Shown in pieces: positions 43,500 to 56,334 of a DNA stretch of 64,000 nt; within the stretch, counting starts at the first letter, position 1; each line of letters begins with the position of its first letter. The notes below the pieces were generated by a model. That model made no database searches. It worked only from the letters and a program-made list of their open reading frames with translations, and was not told where the DNA came from. The position numbers and the translations under genes were made by a program. The DNA comes from the human T2T-CHM13v2.0 reference genome, Homo sapiens. The stretch lies in the NCBI RefSeq assembly GCF_009914755.1, contig NC_060929.1; one strand, written 5' to 3'.

Positions 43500-44242
43500 T
43501 AAGAGCCTGTAAACTTCAATTAAAACCTCTGTCATTTTTGCCCTTATTGTCATATATTTTATTTCTATATATGTCATAAGCCCCGTAAGACACTATTACT
43601 ATTTTTGTTGTAAACAATTACCTTTTACATTTTCCTTTTTCAATGTTTTTCTTTCTTTTTTCTGCAGCTCTCTGCTTCTTTCTGGAATCATTTTCTTTAT
43701 ACACGAAGATTTTAAAATACTTATAATAGCATGAAACCTGATAGAAGCAAATACTCTCAGCTTTTTTTTTATGTGTGTCTAAGAATATCATTGCTTCCCT
43801 TTAGTTTTAGAACACTTTTTCTGTGTGTATAGAATTTCAGAGCTTTAAATAGTCACATCGTTGTCTTCTCTCTTCAGAGTTGTTCCCCTAATGTAATGCA
43901 GGCCCCACCTCCCACCCCAAGCTCTTTTAATATTTTCTCTTTATCTTTGGTTTTGAACAGTTTGACAATGATGTGATGAATTGCAATTTTTTTGAGTTTG
44001 CTGAGTTTCTTAAATCTGTGAGTCAAGATGTTTTATTATTTGGAAAGTTTTGGATTATAATTTTTCAAAATAAAGCTCCTATTTTATCATTTTTCATTCA
44101 CACAATGCTCCTTATCTCTCCCACGCTCTAGTCTGTTGTTTCTATTCTTTTTCTTTTTATCCTTCAGTTGAGACACTGTATTCTGAATTTTTTTCAAGCT
44201 AAAGATCCTTTTTTCTGCTTTAACTTTTATTATTCCCTCTTT

Positions 44243-44280
<38 letters not shown>

Positions 44281-44640
44281 ACTCCCTCTTTCTTTATACA
44301 TTCACACACATTTGATATATTATAGCTTTCCATTTTAGAATGAATATTTGGGGTTACTTTTCGCTCAGGCTTTTTCTTCTTCATTTGCCCATATTATCCT
44401 CTGCTTTATTTAACATTAATTATAGTTTTTTTGAAGTTCTTATCTGCTAATAACAAAACCTGAGTTACTTTTGATCTGCTTCAATCATCTGTTTTCTCTC
44501 TTGATTCTTTGATACTTACTGCTTTATCTTTGATGATATTTTACAAAATACATGCTGGAGTTTACATAAAATACATTGTAGAGACTCTGGCTTCTGTTAT
44601 CTTCCTTTGAAGAGTGTTGAATTTGGCTCTGGCCTTCTCT
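43500..44640 (-). mobile_element. Highly diverged L1M/L1ME fragment, with (AC)16 at 44247-44278
   Basis: T-rich antisense L1-like motifs (AATACTCTCAGCTTTT, TTTTCTCTTTATCTTTGGTTTTGAACAGTTTGACAATGATGTG). Confidence 0.5.
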
Positions 44641-45171
44641 CCTAAGTTTGATTTACTACGATTTTTATGCATGATTTTGGTGTGCATGTTTGTAATTCCG
44701 TTGTGATCTCTTCTTTAACAACTGAACTAAATATGGGTTGTTTGATTTTGAAAAGATCAGAAGGAAGCCCTTTTTTAGTTGTGGACTTCTAGTTTTATTA
44801 CGTGGCTGTGAACATATAAAAGAGGTGCAAGGAGCATGGCAGTATTAGGGCTTTATTCTCTCCTTCGTCTCTAGAGAGTGAAAGTGAAAGAAGAGAAGAC
44901 ATCTCCTCTCCTACATCTCTCCTTCATCAAAGAGCAAGCCCTCCCTCCAAAACCTTAGCATAGAACCTCTTACATCTCTTGTCAGAACATGCTCTCTGGA
45001 CTGATTACATGCAAAGGGTAAAGGCCAATAATAAATTTTCTTTTAAAGACAGGTACATGGTCATCCAAACAAGGCCAACTTAGTAGAGAATGAAGAAGTA
45101 GATATTGGGTCACTAACCAGCTATGTCTGCCACAGCATTGTGCCTGGTAACCACATGTGCTTTGACAAGTT

Positions 45172-45552
45172 AGCATTAGCTTGCTAGGGCTGTCAGAACA
45201 AAGTACCACAGACTGGGGACTTTAAACAACAGAATCTTATTTTCTCACATTTCTGGAGGCTGGAAGTCCAAGATCAAAATACCAGCAGAGTTGGTCTCTT
45301 CTGAGGTCTCTCTCCTTAGCCTATAACAGGCTGTCTACTTGCTCAGGGCATCTCTCCTCTGTGTGTCTATGTTCTGACCTCCTCTTCTTATACAGACACC
45401 AGCCATATTGAATTAGGGTCCTCCCATAATGTCCTCATTGTAACTTAATTGCCTCTTTAAAGGCCTTATCTCCAAATACAGTCATATTTTGAAGTACAGG
45501 GGTTAGGATTGCAACCTATGAATTTTGGAAGCAGAAACTACAGCCCATAACA
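45172..45552 (-). mobile_element. MaLR solo LTR (MLT1A/B-like)
   Basis: AACAAAGTACCACAGACTGG...GGAGGCTGGAAGTCCAAGATC...CTCCAAATACAGTCATATT...CAGCCCATAACA. Confidence 0.85.
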
Positions 45553-45759
45553 TAAACAAATGGACAATTCATTGAACTCAGATGACTTGGCCTGTTCATA
45601 ATAGACAGATTTGATCAACAGCTTTTCTTCAAACATTTTACTGGGTTCTTGGAAGATCTCTCTTAGTTTTGCTTCTACCTCACTGGGTGTTTCTTTCACT
45701 TTCACTTTTCAGATAATATTATGCAGCCCGTTATTTAAAAATACTAACTGTGCACTGAT

Positions 45760-46469
45760 GATTCACAGAATCCTCCAGTCCATACCTCTCTCCTGAATTA
45801 CAGTCTTGTAAATCCAACTGTCTCCTCACTCTTTCCACTTAGATGTCTAAGAAACATCTCGCTCTTAATGTCTTCAAGCAAGCTCTCAATACTTATCTCC
45901 AAACTTCTCCAGCAGTCTTCCCCACCTTAATAAATAATAACTATATTATTCAGTTTGCTTTAAGGTGTTAAAGTTGTCATTAAGTCTTCTATTTTTTCTA
46001 CTCCATATGTGACCCAACATAGAATTTTGTCACCTATACCTTCAAATATAGTCAGACTCTAGCTATGTCTCACCACCATCCTCCACTACCTGCCGTGTCT
46101 GGTGCGGATTATTACACTTGCCCCCTTGAGCGGGTTTTTTTTTGCTCCTCACACTTTATTATCAGACAGAAATCAAGGTGATCCTGTCAAAATCTGTCAA
46201 AAACTAATTGAAAAGAGAATTTTAATTGAATATAGCATTTAGAGTAGCATCAAATACAACACAGACCCAGAAATATAGCTAAAAGTTATTTAACTCTCCT
46301 ACAGAAAACTGTAAATATTATTGATAGGACATTTTTAAAACATCTAAATAAATGGAAAGACATAATATGTTTATCAATTGAGAACTCAATACTAAAATAT
46401 GTTATTTATTTTCAAATTGATCAATAGACTTACTGAATTCCCAATAAAAATCCCAGCTCTCTCTGTGTA

Positions 46470-46516
<47 letters not shown>

Positions 46517-46568
46517 TGTATGTCTGTGTGTGTGTGTAGTGTATGTCTGTGTGTGTGTGTGTAGTGTA

Positions 46569-46607
<39 letters not shown>

Positions 46608-47935
46608 TTTGGCAAGTTTGACTAACTTTATACCATACTCATAAATTAATGTGTAGTAGTTTATATATTATAAATGTAAATGTACGTAGTTTATATATTA
46701 AATGTAAGGTGAAACATTAATTACGTAAGAGTCGATCTAGAAGTAAAAACTTATGAGCTTAAGGTAGGGAAATACACACACACAATCTGTAAAAGAAGAG
46801 ACTGATAAATTGCACTACACTGAAGTTAAATATTTCTATTTATCACAAGAAACTGTTTAGAAATAGAAAGCAAGCCAGAAACACACACACACACACAGAG
46901 AAAGGATATTTGCAACAAAAATATCTGCCAAAGGGCTTGAATCCACAACATCTCTACAGATTAAAAAAGAAGTAATTAAATAGCAAACACATCAAGAGAC
47001 TTTAAAAGATCCTGGACAAAAGAGGATAGTAACAGGGCTCATAATGCATTTAAAAAGACACTTCATCTTATTTGTCATCTGAAAATTGAGAAATAAAACC
47101 ATCATCGGTAAACCCCATGCCCATCGGAATGGCCAAATTTGAAAAGGTTGACAATACCAAAAGTAGTTGAGGATATGAACCACGGAAAAGTGCACGCCAT
47201 GCTGCTCATAGGAGTGACTATCACAAATGCCCAGTGATAATGAGAGTCCACTCCTAGATCTCAAATGCAAACTAGTGAAAATGTATGTGCAACATAAGAC
47301 AAACGAAGGAATGTTCATTGCAGTATTATTCATAGCAGGCAAAACTGAAAACCACCCAAATGTAAATCAAACAGTAGAATTGATCAACTGTGATGGTGTC
47401 ACACAAAGGAGCAAGATAGCAATAAAAATGAATGACCCGCTATTAAGTGCAACAACCTGGATGGAGCTCATAGACATAATTTTGTGTGAAACAAGGCAAA
47501 TCCCAAATACCTGACACTGTGTGACTTCATTGGCAGGACTTCCCATCCCACTTAGCACGGGGACCAGGCCCACCTCCCGTCCGGCCTCATCATCTGGTTT
47601 TGTCCCAGGTTCTCCTTCTGCTCCCACAACACTGTCTCCTTCTGGTCCTTGAACTTGTAGAACACCCTGATGGAACACTTGTCCCTGACTCTACCTGGAG
47701 TGCTCCCTCTGCAGATTCAGGGTAGACCATGCCCACACGGCTTCAGATGTCAGCTCCAAGCCCATCTGACCATGTTACCTGACATGCTGTGTATTTCTTT
47801 GTTCGTTTTCCTATATCTTCCCACTAGGATGTAACCCCCATGAAAACAGGGACTAGCCTGCTTCTTTCATTGCTGTATTTTCTGAATCTGCAAACGCACA
47901 TGACAAAAATCAATGCTCGAAAAATACCTTTCAAA
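45760..47935 (+). mobile_element. L2 (two parts, about 45760-46195 and 47545-47935) interrupted by an L1ME-type element (about 46200-47535, + strand)
   Basis: L2 motifs ATCCAACTGTCTCCTC...CCACTTAGATGTCT and CCCACTAGGATGTAA. L1ME motifs AAATAAATGGAAAGACATA and AACAACCTGGATGGAGCTCATAGACATAAT. Confidence 0.6.
46464..46605. repeat. Compound (TG)n microsatellite with repeated TAGTGTATGTC interruptions
   Basis: Read directly from the sequence. Confidence 0.95.
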
Positions 47936-49329
47936 GACACGTGGCTGAGTGCTGCTACACTTTATGACTTTTGTTAGCAAATAAGTTTGAACATTTCCCA
48001 GTTTTCTCTTGTATGAGTGACGTGCTCATACCTGTGTCCTTCTTGGCATCTTCATATATTTTTTCCTTTCAGTTTCTGTGAACATCTCACACAATCTGGA
48101 GCACCATCCAAGCAATAATCTCAGACTGTCATTGTGAGCACGCTGGCTTCATTCCAATCTGTAAGAGTTAGGATCTCTCCAGTGGCAATTCCTGCTTCTG
48201 TCAGGTTGCCTCACAGTAAAGCCAGGTCTTAACTGGAGTTTTGTAAAGATTTATCCAGGCACCAAAACTGAAGGGTGTCACTGGACTCTTATTTCTTCAG
48301 CACAGAAGAATTGGGGTTAACATTCAGCCTGTGAAGGCTGCTGAATGTAACTCCTGTTGGGGTGAGATGGTGGCGAAGTCACAGTGGTTGGGTGCTGGGG
48401 ACCGCTGCCATGAATTCACTGCCTACGTACCAAGAGCAGATTATAGTAAAGCACCTATTAGCGGAGAGCCTTGCATCCCAGGCACCCTGGTGAGGTGTTT
48501 ATGATTTGTTCAGAGGCATTAGCGAATTTTGCTCAAGTGTGCATTGGACCATGTTCTGCACATTTCATGAATAATTAAAAATGGAAGTCTAAACATTTCA
48601 TGTGCAGGGATTTGTGTGTAATTATTATAATAAAGACAATGACCCAAGGTCTTAGAGTCGAATGAAGAACACAGAGAATTTCAACAGCTTATTCGTGGTC
48701 TTGGCTGCGCTTGGGAAATTCAATCCCCCCTTTTATGGGATTGATGTTCTTGAAGATGGTGGATAAAGATAAATTTTTTAAAAAAGAAAAGAAAAGAAAA
48801 GGAGGGCTTTAAAATACTCAAAGTGATGCTTTCACATAGTCTATGTTGAACCCAGAGCATGGTCTAATAAACATTCCGGTATTTTACACACTGCCCTTTG
48901 TTTTCTGTTTTCATCTGTAATTGACTAATGTGTTCTCTACTGCACGATAAATCCACTTTAAAAAATGATGACTTTGACTTCTCTGCCAGGAAACAATTGG
49001 ACGTAGACAATATGGCATCATTGTGGGGTGTTGTTCCCAAAGAGTCTGGCCCAGACTGTCAAAATGGTGCTGCATGGAGTGGATCTACTCCAAGCCCCTG
49101 AGGGTGAACATCTGTGCAGAGCATCGTTCCCTCCTGAGGGGGCCACAGACCCCTTCCTGAAAACTCTCTGCTTCTACCTGGACCTATCCAGGGCCATCCC
49201 CTTTGATTGTCGTTGTCCCCTCCCAGCCAGTGTTTCCCATGTCTCTCTCTGTCTCCGTCACCTGTTCTCAACCCAAGGCCCTCTAGAAACAGGACACAGA
49301 GCCTAGTGCTCTTCCTGCACCTTCCATAG

Positions 49330-49830
49330 ACCCCGTTTCCCCAGGGAAGGAGGTTGTGTGGCCCCCAGGCCCCAACCTTTCCTCACCTGTCCTCCCACAC
49401 CTGCCCCTCCACTAGCTTCTGGCTTCTCCCAGATGCTCCAAACCCAAACTCGGGCTCCCATTCCTGCTCCTCCCTGTGTCTGGAAGGTCCTTCCCTCAAT
49501 ACCCCCAGACTGTTTCTCGCTCACTGCCTTCCGGCCTCTGTGCAAAGTCACCTTTGTCGTGGGGGTTTCTCACCACCCTAGTCAACAATGAGCACAACCA
49601 TTATATACCCAGATCCGCTGTGCCTCCTCGCAGTGATCCTTCTCCAGTCCTGCTGCACGAAGGACCCCAGGGGAGTCAGGTCACTCTGTTACTGATGACC
49701 TGCACCCCCCACACACCGATGGCAGCTCCAGGAGGGCAGGATTGTTTGTTTTTATTTTGTGTGCTCTGTGTTCCAGGAGAACAGAGCCTTACCTGTAACA
49801 GGTGCTAACAGGTAGTGTCGAATAAATCTT
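49330..49830 (+). mobile_element. L2 3' fragment
   Basis: CTGGAAGGTCCTTCCC...AGCTCCAGGAGGGCAGG...GGTGCTAACAGGTAGTGTCGAATAAAT. Confidence 0.5.
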
Positions 49831-51035
49831 CCACCCTTTTAGGGTCTGCGGGCACAGAAAAAGCGCTCCTCCTGCCCACACTGCCCCTTCCACCCCCACG
49901 CCATCCACAGGCCTTGGGAGTTCAGGGGTATCCCCTCCGCAGAGGAACAGCTGCCCTGTGACCCCCGTGCTGCGCCTCCCTGCCAAGCACACAGGAGACC
50001 TGTGCAAAATTCCCCTTTGGGGAGGGCCCTCTCCCCACAAGGAACGCCCCCCAGGGGTACCTGTCTAGAACGAGTTGGTTCATGGTAGACCCACAGCAAA
50101 TATCTCAGATATCTGAGTAGAAATTGGAGACCGATCACAAGAAAAAACCCTTTTCAAAAACAACAACAACAAAACGTACAGGCTACCACCCGAAGGAGAG
50201 AAGCCCGCCATTGCCCTGCTCGCCCCCTCTCTGTTCCAAGGGTTCCTGTTGAAGGACTCTGGTGGGAGCCACTTCCATCCCCACTTCAGGAGGGCTGCTC
50301 GTCTAGGGGAGCCCTGGCAAAGACATGCCTGTGGATGTGTCTAGAATGTATTTAAAATACTTTTTTGAAGAGGGCTTGAAGTTTTCTGAGAGTTTAGAAC
50401 ACTAACTTTTCTGCAGCAGATGACTTCATAATTGCTGCGCCGCTGAAAGGAAGTGATACTGAAATACACTTTGCGGGGCAGGGCTGGGAATCCTCTCATG
50501 GTGACAGAAAAGTCGTTTATTGAGTGAGAAAATCATTGCATATTTTCAGGGAATTTGAGAACCTTTGTATGAGAGATCAAGCCAAGGGGAGCTGAAATCA
50601 GTGAATGCCGACCTTTGAAAGAGTTGAAAACACTTTGCACAGACGAGAAAACATACAGAAGATCTCAGATGCTTCCTCTGCGTCAGGCTCTTCTCTGAAT
50701 TCAGGGAAATTCAGCAAGCAGCACATGAACTAAAAGAGCACTAAAATGTGTTCAGTGCTGTGCTCTGGTTCCCTGTCTTGGGCACTGAGAAGCAGAGGAC
50801 AGCCCGTGGCCGCACTGTCCGGAGGCCCCTCCAGACTCTCCGAGGTGACCCCATGCCCAGGCACATCTGAGGGCACCATCCAGGGCGAGCTGGATGGTGG
50901 GAGCCTCCTGGACAGGTAGACCCTCCCCTGGGCTGAGGCTTCATATGGACTCCAGGCCCGGGTTCCCAGTGAGGAAAGTCAAGGCAAGGAAGCGCGCTGG
51001 GGCACTCAGAGCCTGGTGCTAGGGCGCATCTCCCC

Positions 51036-51054
51036 CGGCGCCCTCTGCTGCTCA
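51036..51054 (-). promoter_or_regulatory. Candidate CTCF site
   Basis: Minus strand TGAGCAGCAGAGGGCGCCG matches the CTCF core CCASYAGRKGGCRS at all but the first position. Lies in a GC-rich patch. Confidence 0.45.
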
Positions 51055-51406
51055 CTTCAGCTCCTGGACAGCTGCGGCCTCCCTGTCTATCTCCTAGAGC
51101 CTCCATGGGGCTGTCTGCTCCTGCCCTCCAGGCGGCCGTGTCACCTGGCTGCACTGACACCTGGCCAACTTGCCTGTAGAAGGTGTGAGGGGAAGAGTAG
51201 CATTGCCCTCGTGGTCCCACCCAGTGATGACAAAGGCAGATGCTGCTGCTGGCCACACGGCCCCTTCCCTACCACGGGGCAGCTCCAGCCCCTTCCACGC
51301 TCAGCTGCTGCCTTGTGGGGCCGTGCACAGGTTTCTCCAGTGAGGCCACCTCCGGCCTATACCCACACACGTCTTTCCACCCTGCCATGGCTATCCACCT
51401 TCCAGA

Positions 51407-51820
51407 TGGATTGAACTGTGTACCTCCCCACAAATCTTCTGTGCTTAAGTCCTAACCCCCAGCATCTCAGAATGTGCTCTTATTTGGATACACAGTCTTG
51501 CAGATGTCATGAGTTCAGACGAGGTCCTGTTAGAGTAGGTGAGCCTCTAAGCCACTACGGCTGGGGCCCCAACAGAAAAGGAAAATTGGACACATCCACA
51601 CACATAAAGGGAGAGTGCCATGTGAAGGTACAAGCTGTGCTGCCACGAGCCAAGGAACCACCAGGAGCTGGAGAGGATGGGCACAGGTCCTCCCTAGTGC
51701 CCTCAGAGGGAGCCTGGCCCTACAGCACCATGATCTGGGGCTTTGGGCCTCCATGGTGTGAGAGAATAAATTCCTGTGGTTGAATCCCCTCTGTTCCAGC
51801 AACCCTAGCCAGCTAACACT
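51407..51820 (+). mobile_element. MaLR solo LTR (MLT1B/C-like)
   Basis: TGGATTGAACTGTGTACC...GTCCTAACCCCCAG...CCTCAGAGGGAGCCTGGCCC...GTGAGAGAATAAATTCCTGTGG. Confidence 0.8.
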
Positions 51821-53485
51821 CACCCCACCAGGGCAGCACGGGCTGGCCAGCCTCCCTACTCAGGTGTGCATTCCCATGCAGAGAGAGAAGCCATGTGGCA
51901 TGTGCTTGCTGACCCAGAGACTTTAGGCAGAATAAAAGATTTTAGAACAAAGGCAATTCCATCCAACTATTCACATTAACAAATAAACAGGGCTTAGAGC
52001 AATCCACTTGAGAGGGCGTAATGACCCAAAGCCACCTAAGACCCAAACTCTCAGTCCTGGCTCAGTGTCCTTGCTGTTTCTTGGTTCCTCTCTTTAAATT
52101 TGCAACATAAACTTACCTAGAGGAGGCACTCTTATCTGACTTATCGGGAGTGTGGGTTGCTCCAGAGTCTCTCCTCACCACCACAGCCTCCTCAAGTGCG
52201 CGGCACAGGACCCTCCAGGGTGGGCACTATTCCATGGAGAACCTTCCAGCACAGCTCAAATGCTCACACCTTGGTGTCAAGGGGCATCGCTGTGCACACT
52301 GCACCTTCCAGATGCAACTGAGCGCTCCTCAGAGAACCAGTGCTTTCCGAAGCCGTACTAGTACAGAGAAGGAATGCCAGCAGGGACCCCTGCTCTGTAT
52401 AGTTTCCAGGCAAAAGGGCACAAGATGGGGAAACATATTCATTCTTGAGTTTTCTGTCCATAAGAGCGAGGACCCCAGCGGCTGGGTGCTGAGACTTTGG
52501 GGCCTGCCTTCTTAGCGCGTGGATGGTGAAGCTGCAGAATGGGGCAGTGTGAGAACCGGTGGGTGGGAAACGGCCTCTGTCTTTGAGTCACACGTTGAGA
52601 GAATACCGTCATGAACTTCAACTGCATGCTTTCCAGGAAAGTGGAGAACTAAAAATAGCAACCTAAGGACATGGAAAAAAATACAAGTTTCAAATGAGGA
52701 ATGGGAATATCTGTCCTGGTCTGAATTACCTGAAGAGCTATCCTGGCCTCCGCCTCTGCTGCTAAGACAGGTGTGGCCTGGAGCCGTGTGTACATGGACA
52801 GAGTGGGTCCACTGTGTCCACTGGTGATTCTGACTCACCAAGCACTTTCCTCTGAACAGCTGAATGACTCGAACACATTGTTTAAGGGCAAGTCCTATGG
52901 GATGGCTCCCAGGAACCCCTTCTCTACAGCATAGATGGAACAAGACTCAGGAGCGGGGGTGAGGGGTGGGAGGTGTGGGGGCAGAAAACTTTTTGTAAAG
53001 AGTCTTCCAGGGTCCTAAAACTGAAATATTCTTGGTGTGTGTTCTAAACATAAAACAGACTCGTCTCTTAAAAGTTCTCCCCAAAACCCCAAATGACTGA
53101 CTTCTTAGAGGACACTGTTGCTGTCTTCTCACTCTCTGGAATGCGGGTGGAAGAGGGGAGCCATATGAAGGAGAGGTCCAGTGAGGAGGTGAAGGGAGAT
53201 GTTCACAGGGAGATGCTAAGCAAACACCTATTTGAACACTAGGAAAGAATTAAGTTCATGAACCCAACCATCTCCAATGAGTTTCTGTAATTTCTCTGCC
53301 AACCTCCTCAGAGAAGGAAAGAATGAAAATGTGAAAGATTGAGTTAGAGCCAGCTTGTGAAGACCAGGGCAACTGAAGCAAGCCCCTCCCTCCTGGACAC
53401 CTGAGACCTCCCAGGGGCATGGAAACTTTAGCCATCAGCCAGGACCACTCAGAGGCCAAGAGGACGGGCAACGGAGGATGACATG

Positions 53486-54150
53486 GCCAGGTGGTGGGAT
53501 CATGGAAGGGGGACTACACCTGTGGGCAGGTGATGGGCTCACGGGGGGATGGCGGGGAGAGTACACTTGTGGGCAGGTGATGGGGTCATGGGGAGATGGT
53601 GGGAGAGTACACCTGCGGGCAGGGGATGGGGTCACAGGGGTTGGTGGGGAGAGTACAACTGCGGGCAGGGGATGGGGTCACAGGGGAATGGTAGGGAGAG
53701 TACACCTGTGGGCAGGGGATGGGGTCAAGGGGGGATGGTAGGAGTGTACACCTGTGGGCAGGTGATGGGGACATGGGGGGATGGTGGGGAGAATACACCT
53801 GAGGGCAGGTGATGGGGTCACAGGGGGATTGTGGGCAGAATACAGCTGTGGGCAGGTGGTGGGGTCATGGGGGGATGGTGGGGAGAATACACCTGTGGGC
53901 AGGTGATGGGGTCACAGGGGGATGGTGGGCAGAATACACCTGAGGGCAGGTGATGGGGTCACAGGGGGATGGTGGGAGAGTACACCTGTGGGCAGGTGGT
54001 GGGGTCACAGGCGGATTGTGGGCAGAATACAGCTGTGGGCAGGTGGTGGGGTCATGGGGCGATGGTGGGAGAGTATACCTGTGGGCAGGTAGTGGGGTCA
54101 TGGGGAGATGGTGAGGAGTGTACACCTGTAAGCAGGTGACGGGGTCACGG
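53486..54150. repeat. G-rich minisatellite, ~45-47-bp unit, ~14 copies
   Basis: Consensus ACACCTGTGGGCAGGTGATGGGGTCACAGGGGGATGGTGGGAGAGT. Confidence 0.97.
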
Positions 54151-56334
54151 GATGAACCTATAGTGCGACCCCAGCTCCTCAAGCAGCCCAGACTACATGA
54201 GCCCTAGACTGCAGAAGCACAATTTCTGGACTCCTCCAGCCAGTTCATCAGTCAAAGCTACAATTAATCATATGGGATTTTCAGTGGACCCTTTAAAAGG
54301 TCCTTTAAAGGAAATGGGTCAGCACGTGTGATTTAAAATAACAGTTTATACATTTACAACGTACTTACCGCAGGCCAAGCATTAGCATCTCATGTCATCT
54401 TCACCATGATCCTGGAGGAAGGTAATTCCTGGTGGGCAATGGGATGCCTGAGGCCCAGAAAGTCGTGCAAATACTGCCAGCTCCCAGAAATGGAAGAGAC
54501 AGACTTTCGCTCCTGGGTCAGAAGCCCTGGCTCCTGGGCAGTGTGGAAGCTGCCCCATTCTCCAGAGCAGGCACCATGTCCCTGAAGCATCTGGGGTGCA
54601 ACCTAGGCATAGGTGAAACACGGGATCCACAGTTAGGCTGCGTAGCATCAGGCCAAGTTTGTTTCCAAATATTGTAAATATGAACCTTTGCTTGAGTCAA
54701 TAGCTCTCAAGTGTTTTTTTCCCTTTAAAATCACAATTTTTGCCGAAACGAACTGGTTATTCATGTATTATAAATTCATCCATTCAAATAACCACATATG
54801 CACCCATGTCAAGAGGTTGTAGTGATCCAAAGGGAACCAAGACAAGACCCTGTGGACCAAACTTCCGGACTTTTCCTGAAGCGACTGAGCCACATCCTGG
54901 CGATATCCTTCGCACATGATGACAGGGGCAGAGGGAGGGGGAAAGACAGAAAGACAAGAAAGAAGACAGCAAGAGAAAAAGAAAGAGAGAAAGAGAAAGG
55001 AAGGAAGGGGAATAAAAGGAGGAGGCTTGTTCTAGCTGGAGATTTAATAAGGTTCTTTCTTCCTGTTTTAATGGTAAATAGAGCAAAGCTTCATGACAGG
55101 TGTTCCTTTTAAAATGAAATTATTAGGCTGTGAATTGCAGAGGCTGGAGAGCAAATAAAACAAACAAACAAAAGATGATTTCTATTTCCTCACTGGAGGG
55201 TCTGTCTAAACCAATGAATGCAATTTAAAGGCAGGGCCTGCAGAAGAGCGGTCTGCATAATGCGCGGCAAGGCCCATCGTGTGTGTGTAGAAAAGACTAA
55301 AAACAAGAATGGATAAAGGGAAATCTAAAGAGAAGAGGATCATCTTGGCCCTGAAAGCACAACGGAATTGCATTTACTGCACCAACCAGAGACAAGCTGA
55401 GAGGCGGCTTCTGAGAGCAAGGTAGGGAGCCAGTGGTGTCAGCAGGGATGCACTTGACTCCAGCCTGACAATCTGGAGTGGCCGGGGTTCCTATACTCCC
55501 CTGGCCCTGACATCTCCCGAGAGCCCCCCTTCTCCTGGTTGTTCGTTGGGACGCGTCTCCTTCCAATGCGTCCCCTTACCTGGCTGCTCGGTGCCAAGCT
55601 GTAATCTGTTTTTTCTCAGTGCTTGCTCCATAATGATCCCTGACTCCTGCAAAGGCTGCAGCATGAATGAGATATGACTCCGCAGCAGCAAGTCGGTGCT
55701 TAAATTGAAATATTATGGGAAGGGCAGCCCACTGCAGACTTTTGATGTAGCAGCTCATGGCTCGGGGGGAGCTAGGGACACGGAAGCCATTGTCCACTGT
55801 ACTCAGTTCCTCGTCATTTCCAGGGGAGAGCGGAGAGAGCAGAGAGCGTCAACACAAATAATTCCAACTGGATCTGCAAAGTGAGTGCTGCAAGCTGAAG
55901 ATTTGCCCCCTGGCTGGTATCTGTGGGAAACAAAGCCAAGAAGAATTATTCAGTATATTTTAAATGGCTTAAAATTCATTTATATATGGCAGGCACCTGA
56001 GAGTCACTTCTGGGCAGAAAGACAAACACATGAATACAAGCCATAAATGAAAAGAATCAACCAGTTACACCATTAAAAATGTCTGAATATAATGCCAGTT
56101 ACTACGAGTGTGGAGGGTGCATCTCTGAGATGGTGAATTTCTTCCCACCTAAAAGCAGGGTGACCTAGGAGGAATTGGTAGTGTCCTTTCACTTATTTTC
56201 AGACAGGCTCAAGATTACTTTCAATAAATAAGTATAATTGTTCATAATTTGAAGAATGTACTTACCTGATGACATGACTTTAAATGTCAAAAAGCTAAAA
56301 GATCACACACAAACACACACACACACGCACCTAC

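Noticed and set aside
54287-54312. Adjacent palindromes CCTTTAAAAGG / CCTTTAAAGG
   Set aside because: Short and AT-centred; explicable as a small local duplication.
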